The translations under genes were made by a program, and so were the position numbers. Below the pieces are notes generated by a model. It saw only the letters and a program-made list of their open reading frames with translations, was not told the origin of the DNA and searched no databases. A DNA stretch of 25,317 nt from a virus (Duplodnaviria > Caudoviricetes). Below are positions 8,299 through 16,229 of the stretch, one piece after another (the stretch's first letter is position 1; each line of letters opens with the position of its first letter). Location: IMG/VR virus record IMGVR_UViG_3300048896_000199, positions 1 through 25,317 of that record; one strand, given 5' to 3'.

Positions 8299-9698
8299 CG
8301 TGGGAGAACCGCTACACCTTCGAGGTGTCTAAGGCCGCTCCGGACGCTCCTTTCGACCCGGTGGATCTGAGCCTGCGCATCCGCGACAGCATCCAGCCGA
8401 TCGAACTGAGGGCCGGCCGGCAGGACAACACAGAGCAGAACCAGCCCTCTGTCCTGACCCTGCTGCTCGACAACTCCGACGACGCCCTGACATACGGCAA
8501 CACCCTGTCGCCGTATCCGTGGTGGGCGCCCGGGCTCCGTTGTCGTCTCCGCGAGACCATCGCCGGGGTCGTCATGGACCGATTCACCGGGTTCACACAG
8601 ACCGCGGACGAGACGGTCGTGACGGCTGGCATCGATCAGAAGGTCTCCCTGACCGCAGTCGACCGTTTGGGTGCGATGGAAAACGGCCGCAAATTCATCT
8701 CCACCCTCGCCGAGTACATCAACTTCCACGGCGCCGGGACGTTGCAGTTCTACGCCCCGCTCAACGACGTCCCGAGAATCACCGACCTGATCAGCGGCGC
8801 CAACTTCGCGCCCTCCATCTACGTCACCGGCGGACCGACCACAGCGGCGCTGATGTCCTCCGCCACCGGTGCATTGGCACTGGCGGATGACATCGGTTCG
8901 CACCTCAACGTAGTGAATGCGGGCGCGGCCGGCACTATATACGGCTACCTTCGCAACTTCCCCGGTGGCGGCGTACCGCTCAGTGTGGGCCAGGCCGTCA
9001 CCGTTGTCGGCTGGGTCACGCCGGTCCAGAACCCCACCGCGTTCGGTGGCGTGCAGCCCGTCATCGACCTAACCATCACCGAGAGCACACCAACGGCGTC
9101 GTCGATCCTGGAGTTCGGCGTCTCCGCTGGTGGCACCACGTGGAGGGCTGTCTACGCCTCCGGCGGCATGGCGGGAACCCTCACCACGACGCGGAATGTG
9201 GTGTTCGGCGACACGGTCATGTTCGGGGTTCGGTACGGGTACAACCCCGCCGTCCTTGAGGTGTGGATCGGCGGGGACCGGTTCGTGGGCTCGCTCGCTG
9301 GGTCGCCGCCGGCAAGTGCCGTGCTCTCCACGCTCGAGTTCGGAAGTGTTGCCTTCGGGTTCCTCGGGGCACTGTCGCACCTTCAGGTCTACGTCAGCAC
9401 CGACACCTCGTGGGGTTACAGCGACTACCTCGCCCAGTATCGGATGGCTCAAACCTGCCTGGAGCGACAGTCGACCGGAGACCGGATCCGCACCGTCGCC
9501 GGTTACGCCGGCATCCCGAACGCCGAGTTCGCCAACACCATCGACCCCGGTGCCAGCATCATGCAGCGCGCCCAGATGGCGGGGCGGACCGCCCTGGACC
9601 TCATGCGCGAGGCCGAGACCACCGAACAGGGATCCCTCTACGTGGACGGGTCGGGCAACCTCTGCTTCGCCGACCGCCGCACCATCTACAACGTGTAG
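8295..9698 (+). CDS. Minor tail / tail-tip protein (N-terminal portion, central LamG-like beta domain)
   Basis: Follows the tape measure; GRQD...LTLLLDN...SPY N-terminus, FYAPLND and LSHLQVY flanking a beta domain, then RIRTVA...EQGSLYVDGSG...FADRRTIYN. Confidence 0.75.
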   Translation: MTWENRYTFEVSKAAPDAPFDPVDLSLRIRDSIQPIELRAGRQDNTEQNQPSVLTLLLDNSDDALTYGNTLSPYPWWAPGLRCRLRETIAGVVMDRFTGFTQTADETVVTAGIDQKVSLTAVDRLGAMENGRKFISTLAEYINFHGAGTLQFYAPLNDVPRITDLISGANFAPSIYVTGGPTTAALMSSATGALALADDIGSHLNVVNAGAAGTIYGYLRNFPGGGVPLSVGQAVTVVGWVTPVQNPTAFGGVQPVIDLTITESTPTASSILEFGVSAGGTTWRAVYASGGMAGTLTTTRNVVFGDTVMFGVRYGYNPAVLEVWIGGDRFVGSLAGSPPASAVLSTLEFGSVAFGFLGALSHLQVYVSTDTSWGYSDYLAQYRMAQTCLERQSTGDRIRTVAGYAGIPNAEFANTIDPGASIMQRAQMAGRTALDLMREAETTEQGSLYVDGSGNLCFADRRTIYNV

Positions 9699-9706
9699 GA
9701 GACAGT

Positions 9707-10273
9707 ATGTCCTTGCAGACGTGGCAGGAGACGCTTGTCTCGGCCCAGGTCGACGGCACCGCCCTCAACACCTCGACCACGCCGACGAGCATCCTCCCGG
9801 CGGCCGCCCGGTACACCCTGCCCGCGAACTGGATGGCCATCGGCAAGGTCATGCGGGTCACCGCGATGGGCCGTGCCTCCAACATGAACCCGACGCCGGG
9901 CAACCTGACGCTCGACGTGCGCATGGGCCCGACGAGCAACATCATCGTATTCAACGGCGGCGCCGTGGCGCTGAACACCGCGGCCGCGAAGACGAACGTC
10001 ACGTGGTGGCTGGAGGTCCTGCTGACCTGCCGGGCCATCGGCGCGTCCACCACCGCCAACCTCATGGGCATCGGCTTCCTGCAGTCGGAGGCCATCAACG
10101 GCGCGGCCGTCGGATTCGCCGAGTCGGCGTCGCTGCCGGCCTCGGCGCCCGCTGTCGGTACCGGCTTCGACTCGACGGTGCCGATGGTGGTCGACCTGTT
10201 CGCGACGTTCTCGGTCAACAACGCCGCCAACTCGATCCAGGTCCACCAGTACATTCTTGAGGCACTGAACTAG
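9707..10273 (+). CDS. Beta-rich putative virion protein (188 aa)
   Basis: AGGAGA RBS, ATG at 9707 (MSLQTWQETL...), very strong GC3 bias; 3' part of track ORF 9263-10273. Confidence 0.75.
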   Translation: MSLQTWQETLVSAQVDGTALNTSTTPTSILPAAARYTLPANWMAIGKVMRVTAMGRASNMNPTPGNLTLDVRMGPTSNIIVFNGGAVALNTAAAKTNVTWWLEVLLTCRAIGASTTANLMGIGFLQSEAINGAAVGFAESASLPASAPAVGTGFDSTVPMVVDLFATFSVNNAANSIQVHQYILEALN

Positions 10274-10276
10274 GCC

Positions 10277-10891
10277 ATGCCGGGCAACCGCGCACCCGGG
10301 TTCTCGCCGCCGCGGTGGCCGCGGCTCGGCCGGCGCCCTGATGCTTCCCGCCCCGTCGGCGGATTGCCATTGCCCGTCCTCGAAATCCCCTACGAGTGGG
10401 TCTACACGCTCACTCGTAGGCCGACCACGCCGGTCAACACCGCGACCGTCACGCAGACCGGCGGTGTTACCGCGTACTCAACCCGGGCCGGTGGCGTCAC
10501 GGCGAACGGGGCCGACTTCTCGGTAACGCTGACGACAGCGTTGGACGTCGACGCGCAGAGCCTCGCCACACACCTGACCACCTACTACGGCACCGCCCGG
10601 CCCCGCCAACCGGTTCTGACATTCAACCTGTACGACCGCACCGACGCGGAGTGCCTGCTGTTGCTCAATGTGGGCCGGTTCCGTCGGGTGCGGATCATCC
10701 ACGCCCCTGCGGCCTGGCCGCCCGGCGCCGCCAACTTCACCGTCGAAGGCTTCCAGCACGTCATGGCCGTCGACCAGCGACTCCTGAGCTGGGCCACCGC
10801 CGCGCTTGTGGGCGTCAGCGCATCAGCGCCCGGTCCCTGGTTCCGGGTCGACTCCTCAACCGTCGGCGGCAGCGATGTCATTCCGTTCTGA
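10277..10891 (+). CDS. Minor tail protein (resembles the C-terminal portion of a tail-tip protein) with a Pro/Arg-rich N-terminal extension
   Basis: N-x-ATVT...SVTLTT...PR-x-PVLTFNL...RVRI...FTVEGF pattern; starts 3 nt after the previous stop. Confidence 0.65.
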   Translation: MPGNRAPGFSPPRWPRLGRRPDASRPVGGLPLPVLEIPYEWVYTLTRRPTTPVNTATVTQTGGVTAYSTRAGGVTANGADFSVTLTTALDVDAQSLATHLTTYYGTARPRQPVLTFNLYDRTDAECLLLLNVGRFRRVRIIHAPAAWPPGAANFTVEGFQHVMAVDQRLLSWATAALVGVSASAPGPWFRVDSSTVGGSDVIPF

Positions 10892-10903
10892 AGGTGAGGG
10901 CTG

Positions 10904-11428
10904 ATGGCTGTCGTCCCAACGCCGCCGACGATCACCGGCGGCATCCTGACGTCGAGCCAACTCAACCAGTACCGCGACGCCATCAATTTCACCGAAAATC
11001 CGCCGATCCTGGAAACCCGTCAGAGCATCGTCCAGTCGATCCCCAACGCGACGTTCACCGCATTGCTGTTCGACGTCAACGAGAAAGACTCCGTTAACGG
11101 GCACAGCACGTCGGTAAACACCAGCCGGTACACCGCTGTCTACGCGGGCTGGTATGTGTGCAGCGGCGCCTATGCGGTCGCCCTGAACGCCACCGGCAAC
11201 CGCGGTGTGCGTTGGGCGGTCAACGGCACCCTTCTCAACGGATCCGATGGCTGGGTTCCGGGGACGGGCACCTCGAACAACACGGTCGTCGCCCGCACCA
11301 AGCGGATCTTCCTGAACGTCGGCGACTACGTTGAGCTGCAGGCGTTCCAGGCTTCCGGTGGTGCTCTGAATACTTCCGTCACCGGCGAGGCCATGTCGAG
11401 CATGTCGGTCCAGTGGGTGAGCAACTGA
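10904..11428 (+). CDS. Minor tail / tail fibre protein (C1q/TNF-like beta domain)
   Basis: LTSSQLNQYRD N-terminus; RYTAVYAGWY and LNVGDYVEL-x-AFQ-x-SG motifs; last tail gene. Confidence 0.7.
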   Translation: MAVVPTPPTITGGILTSSQLNQYRDAINFTENPPILETRQSIVQSIPNATFTALLFDVNEKDSVNGHSTSVNTSRYTAVYAGWYVCSGAYAVALNATGNRGVRWAVNGTLLNGSDGWVPGTGTSNNTVVARTKRIFLNVGDYVELQAFQASGGALNTSVTGEAMSSMSVQWVSN

Positions 11429-12186
11429 TGGCCGCCGCCATGCTCCGCGCCTGGGAATCCCAGGGCCGCCCGTGGCGTCTCTGCACGCCCTTGGTTGACA
11501 TGGTGGACCGACTCCAGGCCGCCTATCCGCAGCTGATCTACGGGACGCTCGGCGACGACGCGCACCTCAACGCCGTCCCGCCGGAGGACCACACCCCGTT
11601 TTCCGCGACCGGGTACCCGAAGGTCAGCCCGTACCCGGTCGTGCACGCCCTGGACGTGATGCACCACCCGGAGTCCGGTGTGGACGCCGGGAAACTGTTC
11701 GCGTACTGGCTGGGTGAGGCGAAGGCCGGCCGGATGCCGTGGCTGAAGTACCTGATCTGGCAGGCCACCATCTACGACGTGCGGTACGGGTGGCGCCCGC
11801 AGCCCAGCAGCGGCCACTTCGACCACGTCCACCTCAGCGCCCGCACCGACGCAGAGAGCACCCACCTGGGCGACTGGTCGCCCATCCCACCGGAGGACGA
11901 CATGACACCTGCCGAGTCCAACATCCTGCAGGCCACCGACAACCGGGTCCGGTCTGCGCTCATCCTTGGCACCGACACGTTCAACGACACCCCGGGCGCG
12001 GGCCCGGCACAGTCGGTGTGGATCGTTCACCAGCTGAACGCCATGGCCGCGGACATCGCCGCCATCAAGGCCGCCCTCGCCGGCGGCGGCTCGGGCCCGG
12101 CCGGCGCGGTCGACCTGACCGATGCCTCCGTGGCGAAGGTGGCCGCCGCGGTGGCGGACGAAGAACACGCACGACTCGCGGAGTGA
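11428..12186 (+). CDS. Endolysin, putative Zn peptidase (M15/LAS-like)
   Basis: TGATG overlap; GTLGDDAH...DH-x-P...ALDV...YLIW...HFDHVHLS carries H/D/HxH ligands; directly after the tail genes. Confidence 0.75.
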   Translation: MAAAMLRAWESQGRPWRLCTPLVDMVDRLQAAYPQLIYGTLGDDAHLNAVPPEDHTPFSATGYPKVSPYPVVHALDVMHHPESGVDAGKLFAYWLGEAKAGRMPWLKYLIWQATIYDVRYGWRPQPSSGHFDHVHLSARTDAESTHLGDWSPIPPEDDMTPAESNILQATDNRVRSALILGTDTFNDTPGAGPAQSVWIVHQLNAMAADIAAIKAALAGGGSGPAGAVDLTDASVAKVAAAVADEEHARLAE

Positions 12187-12193
12187 GCCGTTG

Positions 12194-12472
12194 ATGCCGA
12201 CTGACGACGAGATGTCGATCCGGGAGATCGCCCGGACGATCTCCGACTTCCGGCAGGAGTTCCGGGCTCAGGTGAGCCAACTCCTGCGTAACGACGTGTA
12301 CCGGGCCGAGCAGGCGGCCATGGAGGCCAGGGTCAAGCGCATCGAGGAAGACCGGGTGCGTGAGGAGTCCGAACGGGACTCCTTTCGACGCCTCGTCTAC
12401 GGCGCGTTCGTCTCGGCCGCCGGGTCCTTGGTTGTGGCTTTGATCATGTTCATGATCTCGTCGCGGCACTGA
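12194..12472 (+). CDS. Lysis-cassette membrane protein (coiled coil plus C-terminal TM helix)
   Basis: ATG at 12194; charged helical N-terminus, then LVYGAFVSAAGSLVVALIMFMI. Confidence 0.7.
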   Translation: MPTDDEMSIREIARTISDFRQEFRAQVSQLLRNDVYRAEQAAMEARVKRIEEDRVREESERDSFRRLVYGAFVSAAGSLVVALIMFMISSRH

Positions 12473-12518
12473 CCAAGTTTCAGCCGCAGAACTTGGATTT
12501 GCCCGGCCCAATTCCAAG

Positions 12519-12737
12519 TCAGCGCTGATCCTTCACCCCGGTACACCCGGGCGGCCGGACCGCCGGCGCGTGGCACCCAACCGTGCGACAACGGGCCGTC
12601 TGGTGGCCGCGCCCATCGGCCACGGCGGGGCAGTCGCACACCACGAACGTCAGGTTGACCCGGCCCGGCCCGAGCGGGTGCCCGTTGGCGCAGGCCGCCG
12701 GCACCCACGGGTACTCGTCCTCGAACCAGCCCATCAC
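12519..12737 (-). CDS. Small Cys/His-rich putative metal-binding protein
   Basis: P-x2-CANGHPL...CDC...GH-x4-C-x4-C pattern of a kind seen in small actinophage genes; fills the gap between + strand genes. Confidence 0.6.
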   Translation of the reverse strand: MMGWFEDEYPWVPAACANGHPLGPGRVNLTFVVCDCPAVADGRGHQTARCRTVGCHAPAVRPPGCTGVKDQR

Positions 12738-12761
12738 CCGAACCTACGACGGAGGTACGAC

Positions 12762-12932
12762 ATGGGGAAGTACATGAAGCTGTGGATGGCCCTGATCGGG
12801 GGTGCCGCCACCGCCACTGTCACCGCATTCGGCGGGGACACCACAGTCGGGAAGTGCGCCGCGATCGTCCTGGCCGCCGTGACGGCCGCCGCGGTGTACG
12901 TGGCGCCGAACGACCCGCCGGCCAAGCCGTGA
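12762..12932 (+). CDS. Putative holin (56 aa, two TM segments)
   Basis: GGAGG at 12751-12755, ATG at 12762; two hydrophobic helices ending VYVAPN; close to the endolysin. Confidence 0.7.
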   Translation: MGKYMKLWMALIGGAATATVTAFGGDTTVGKCAAIVLAAVTAAAVYVAPNDPPAKP

Positions 12933-13258
12933 CCGAGCCCGACGAGGGCTACGGCCTGGTGATGCCGTTCGTGGTCTGCACCAGCAAGGGCGGCCCGTAC
13001 GACGACAACAGCTTCGTGGCCGGCTGGCAGGCCGGCGCCATCGACACCGCTCTTGCGGCCATCGCGGCCGTCCAGGGCGCGGGTATGCGGTCCACGGTCT
13101 ACCGGTCGCTGGTGCCGCAGCTCGAGCTGATCGCCATGAAGAACGGCTTCCCGTACACGACGGCCGAGCCGTTCGAGGAAGAGAACCCCGACGCGCCGCT
13201 CTTCGACCTGTGGACCGTCTGGTCCTGCTCGAGGCATGCGCCAGAAGGAAGTAGCTGA
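12929..13258 (+). CDS. Hypothetical protein (109 aa)
   Basis: GTGA overlap; LVMPFV...GGPYDD-x-SFVAGW; good codon bias; stop overlaps the next start. Confidence 0.7.
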   Translation: MTEPDEGYGLVMPFVVCTSKGGPYDDNSFVAGWQAGAIDTALAAIAAVQGAGMRSTVYRSLVPQLELIAMKNGFPYTTAEPFEEENPDAPLFDLWTVWSCSRHAPEGSS

Positions 13259-14370
13259 TGAGTAAACGCACGCGAATCGTCGCCATCACCGCAGCCCTGG
13301 CCCTGGCCGGGGCTGCTTTCGCATCTCAGGCTGCGTCCGCCGACACGGTCCCGGTCATGCCCGCGTACCTGAGCAACGGCCTCGCCGAGTGCAAGGCCCA
13401 GCTCGCCGTCGCGACCACCACCTCGGACAGGGCGTGGGGCAACACGTGCGTGCGGCTGGCGCAGCGTGCGATCGACGCGTGGACCAAGGCCAACCCGACG
13501 CCGACGCCGACCGCCACGGCCACGCCGAGCCCGACCGCTACCCCGACGCCAACGCCTACTCCAACGGCCACGCCGACGCCGACGGTTCCGCCCACGACCA
13601 CGCCCCCGCCCACAACGCCCGCGGGCATCGGCTCGTTCGCGACCGGCCCCGCCGCTGGTGCCGGGCTGCCCCCGGGGACCGCGCTGGTGCCGTTGCAGGG
13701 CCGCCTGCAGGCCAACAGCACGTACACCGGCGTCGCCATCCCCGCCTCCGCCCTGGGCACGGTGACGGTCAGCGGGCTGACCTTGCGCAACTGCACCCTG
13801 GCCGCCGGGGTGGTGTTCACCGGGAACAACGTCACCGTGGACCACTGCACCATCCACGGCGGTGTCAGCCTGTCCGGCGGGGACAACTTCGTCTTCACCG
13901 GCAACGAGGTCACCGGCTGGGACGACGGGCTGCACATCACCTCGGACTCCGGCCCGGTCAACGGCGTGAAGGTGGCCGGGAACTGGATCCACCTGCCCAG
14001 CCCGACGTGCGCGGACCACTCCGACGGCGTGCAACTCCTCGGCGTGGCCGCCGCGGTGTTCACCAACAACGTGATCGACCTGGGGCATTGGATCAGCTGC
14101 GGCTCCGACCCGGGGGATGGGCCGCTGAACGGGGCGTTCCAGATCGAGAACACCCAAGGCCCGGTCTCGGGCGTTACCGTCTCCGGGAACCTCCTCAACG
14201 GTGGCGGGTTCACGTTCCGGGCATATGCCGGGACGAAGCTGGACGCGGTCACCGGCAACGGATTCGGGCCGGACGCCCAGTTCGGGCCGGCGGACACGAA
14301 GCAGGCCACGATCGGGACGTGGACGGACAACTACGACGTGGCGACCGGGAAGCCCGTGTTGCGCGAGTAG
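13258..14370 (+). CDS. Secreted protein: signal peptide, Pro/Thr linker, right-handed beta-helix (pectin lyase-like)
   Basis: MSKRTR + hydrophobic stretch + ASA|D signal; (PT)n linker; repeats VTVDHCTI, FVFTGNEV, VKVAGNWI, VFTNNVI, VTVSGNLL; HSDGVQ motif. Confidence 0.8.
   Translation: MSKRTRIVAITAALALAGAAFASQAASADTVPVMPAYLSNGLAECKAQLAVATTTSDRAWGNTCVRLAQRAIDAWTKANPTPTPTATATPSPTATPTPTPTPTATPTPTVPPTTTPPPTTPAGIGSFATGPAAGAGLPPGTALVPLQGRLQANSTYTGVAIPASALGTVTVSGLTLRNCTLAAGVVFTGNNVTVDHCTIHGGVSLSGGDNFVFTGNEVTGWDDGLHITSDSGPVNGVKVAGNWIHLPSPTCADHSDGVQLLGVAAAVFTNNVIDLGHWISCGSDPGDGPLNGAFQIENTQGPVSGVTVSGNLLNGGGFTFRAYAGTKLDAVTGNGFGPDAQFGPADTKQATIGTWTDNYDVATGKPVLRE
13495..13620 (+). repeat. Low-complexity CCGACG-type repeat encoding the Pro/Thr linker
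   Basis: ccgacgccgacgccgaccgccacggccacgccg... translates as PTPTPTATATPSPTATPTP. Confidence 0.85.
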
Positions 14371-14460
14371 TACCCTCGAAGTACCCCGGTTCCAACCGAC
14401 GTGCGGGGCTGCTGCCGCCAGAAACCGATGCCCGTGCGCGGGCTAGGACATGCAGACGAG

Positions 14461-14491
14461 AGCCCCCCGGCCATGGCCGGGGGGCTTCTTT
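14461..14491 (+). terminator. Intrinsic terminator of the late operon
   Basis: Perfect 26-bp palindrome AGCCCCCCGGCCATGGCCGGGGGGCT followed by TCTTT. Confidence 0.8.
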
Positions 14492-14634
14492 GTCGTGTCC
14501 GGTCATGTCCGGTTGGTTCATGATCGAACCGGCCATCCGACCTGCAGGATGGCCGCTGTTAGGAACCCTAATCGGCCATCGCCATCTCGCATGTCCGTCC
14601 ACTGCGGACAGTCCAATGTGGACATGGATGAGAC

Positions 14635-14677
14635 AAAAAAGGGGCCGGACACGCCCGTTAGAACGTGTCCGGCCCCT
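14635..14677 (-). terminator. Intrinsic terminator of the leftward accessory operon
   Basis: 14-bp stem AGGGGCCGGACACG/CGTGTCCGGCCCCT with a 10-nt loop; A6 at 14635-14640 gives a U-tract on the minus strand. Confidence 0.85.
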
Positions 14678-14717
14678 CACCAGCCTAACGGCTAACGGGA
14701 ACGTTAGGCCGCCAACG

Positions 14718-15233
14718 TCACTTGCCCCGGCGAAGCCGACGCGCGTGACGCTCCGAATAGCCGACTGCTGGTGACTTCGGCGCTTCGGGCAGGTCCGGGC
14801 TCGCCGCCTCATCCGCGGTTACTGCCGGTGTGACCGCCTGCTCGGCCGCCTTCTTCTCCTCCATGACCCGTCGCACGCGGCCGACGACCAGCTCGGCCAG
14901 AACGTACGCCAGAACCATCGACGCATGCACCGTCTTGCTTCCCACGCTGACTCCGGCGATCCAGTTCGCCGCCATAGAGCCAAACCCAGCAACGACCAGG
15001 ACGAACCCAGCCGACGCCTTGCCACGGATCACCCACCGGTCATGCAGGATCTCCGCGCACGTGATCGCCAGAAGATCGATCACGGCAGGGGCAATGGCGG
15101 CCGTCAGGCCGTCCACGCCCCACGAAAGGAAGAGACGGTGCTGTGTGTCGTAGCTCGTGACCATGGCCGCGATCATGATGAGACGCGGGCCGACCTGGCC
15201 GAGAGCACGGAACGGAGCTTCAAGCAGGTTCAT
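14718..15233 (-). CDS. DUF2637-like (Spd-type) multi-pass membrane protein
   Basis: GGGAG RBS before ATG at 15233; about 4 TM segments with SY...P-x2-ID...S-x-AAN motifs; basic C-terminus GYSERHARRLRRGK. Confidence 0.7.
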   Translation of the reverse strand: MNLLEAPFRALGQVGPRLIMIAAMVTSYDTQHRLFLSWGVDGLTAAIAPAVIDLLAITCAEILHDRWVIRGKASAGFVLVVAGFGSMAANWIAGVSVGSKTVHASMVLAYVLAELVVGRVRRVMEEKKAAEQAVTPAVTADEAASPDLPEAPKSPAVGYSERHARRLRRGK

Positions 15234-15437
15234 GGGGTCTCCCTCCCCATAGGCCACCCTGGTTGGGTGGCGGGATGCTCGGCCCGAGGGCCTCGGCTCC
15301 CGCTCGATCACGAGCAGGACCGGGGGCCTCGGGGCGATCCCCGGCGCTGCGGAGCTGGGCTCAACGCGCTGCACGGGGGGTGGTGCGTGGTGCCCGCCGA
15401 CGGCTCGCACGTCGGTGCCTGCTGGTCGGGCTGGACA

Positions 15438-15617
15438 TCAGGACTGTTCGGGCCTGAGGTCCTTGACGAGATCCCAGATCCGGTTGAGCCGGTCCTCTGC
15501 GGAGATCATTGAGCCGACCCGACCGTCCGGATTGGACAGTGCGTCGACGCCGCCGATCGCCCGCCAGAGGGTTTCCCGCTCCTCGTCCTGCTGCTTCTTC
15601 CACTCGGCGTCATCCAC
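15438..15617 (-). CDS. Hypothetical protein (59 aa)
   Basis: Not in the ORF track. AAGAAAGGGGG upstream, GTG at 15617, VDDAEWKKQQDEERETLWRAIGG...DLRPEQS*. Confidence 0.6.
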   Translation of the reverse strand: MDDAEWKKQQDEERETLWRAIGGVDALSNPDGRVGSMISAEDRLNRIWDLVKDLRPEQS

Positions 15618-15689
15618 GATGGACCCGCCCCCTTTCTTGGCCTGACGGCCACGGCACCGGCCGGTACGAGACCGGCCGGACCGGAGGTG

Positions 15690-15938
15690 TCAGGGCAACT
15701 GGCGGCAGTACCTGACCGCCAAGCGCGTCAGCAGCTCGGCCAGGAAGTCCGGCCGATCACCGAGTTGCTCGAACAGTTTCAGGGACATCCGCGCCCAGGC
15801 GTCCGTTGCTGCCCCCTCTGTAAGGAGCCTGCGAACGTCGGGGAGCAGAAGTTCATCGAGGGTGGTGTCGATGTGTGCCACCTGCTGATCTGCCACCGCC
15901 CTTGCCACGTCAAGGGCGGTGGCTTCCTGGTCCTTCAT
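15690..15938 (-). CDS. Hypothetical helical protein (82 aa)
   Basis: Strong GAGGAGG RBS before ATG; amphipathic helices. Confidence 0.7.
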   Translation of the reverse strand: MKDQEATALDVARAVADQQVAHIDTTLDELLLPDVRRLLTEGAATDAWARMSLKLFEQLGDRPDFLAELLTRLAVRYCRQLP

Positions 15939-16175
15939 GGTGGCCTCCTCGGCCTCGGCGCCTCGTGTGGGCGCGGTAGAGAGCCCGCCGGGATCTGCAC
16001 CCGTGCGCGGTCAGGTCTTACGCCTCGGTGGTCGATACGGCTGCCTGCCTAGCTGCTTGCTGGCCCATGGCCCCCGGCGCCGGTCGCGGCTAGCGCGGTG
16101 TCGTCTGCTCGGGGCGGGTGGTTCCTTGCTGTCCCTGTGGAGTTTTCAAGGGTGGTGCTCTCTCTGTCTCCTATT

Positions 16176-16223
16176 ACTGTACCACAGATACCCAGAGGAG
16201 TGCAAGGGTTCTTGTGGTACAGT
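16176..16223. promoter_or_regulatory. Divergent promoter pair with inverted operator-like repeats
   Basis: ACTGTACCACA (16176-16186) and TGTGGTACAGT (16213-16223) form an 11-bp inverted repeat, each reading TGnTACAGT (extended -10) outward; minus strand TTGCAC-N18-TACAGT. Confidence 0.7.
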
Positions 16224-16229
16224 CCCCGC

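Noticed and set aside
9699-10370. Self-splicing intron or intein explaining the split tail gene
   Set aside because: The interval is almost fully occupied by an ORF with its own RBS; I see no homing endonuclease or reverse transcriptase motifs and no room for a ribozyme core. Not excluded experimentally.
13099-14774. Long overlapping ORFs (13389-14774 +, 13099-14157 -, 13326-14330 -)
   Set aside because: Typical high-GC shadow frames of the beta-helix gene; one would also cross both terminators.
15234-15437. Upstream extension of the DUF2637-like ORF or a 25-aa Arg-rich ORF
   Set aside because: Low-complexity translation, and a better RBS lies at 15233; the region is more likely non-coding with GC hairpins of uncertain meaning.
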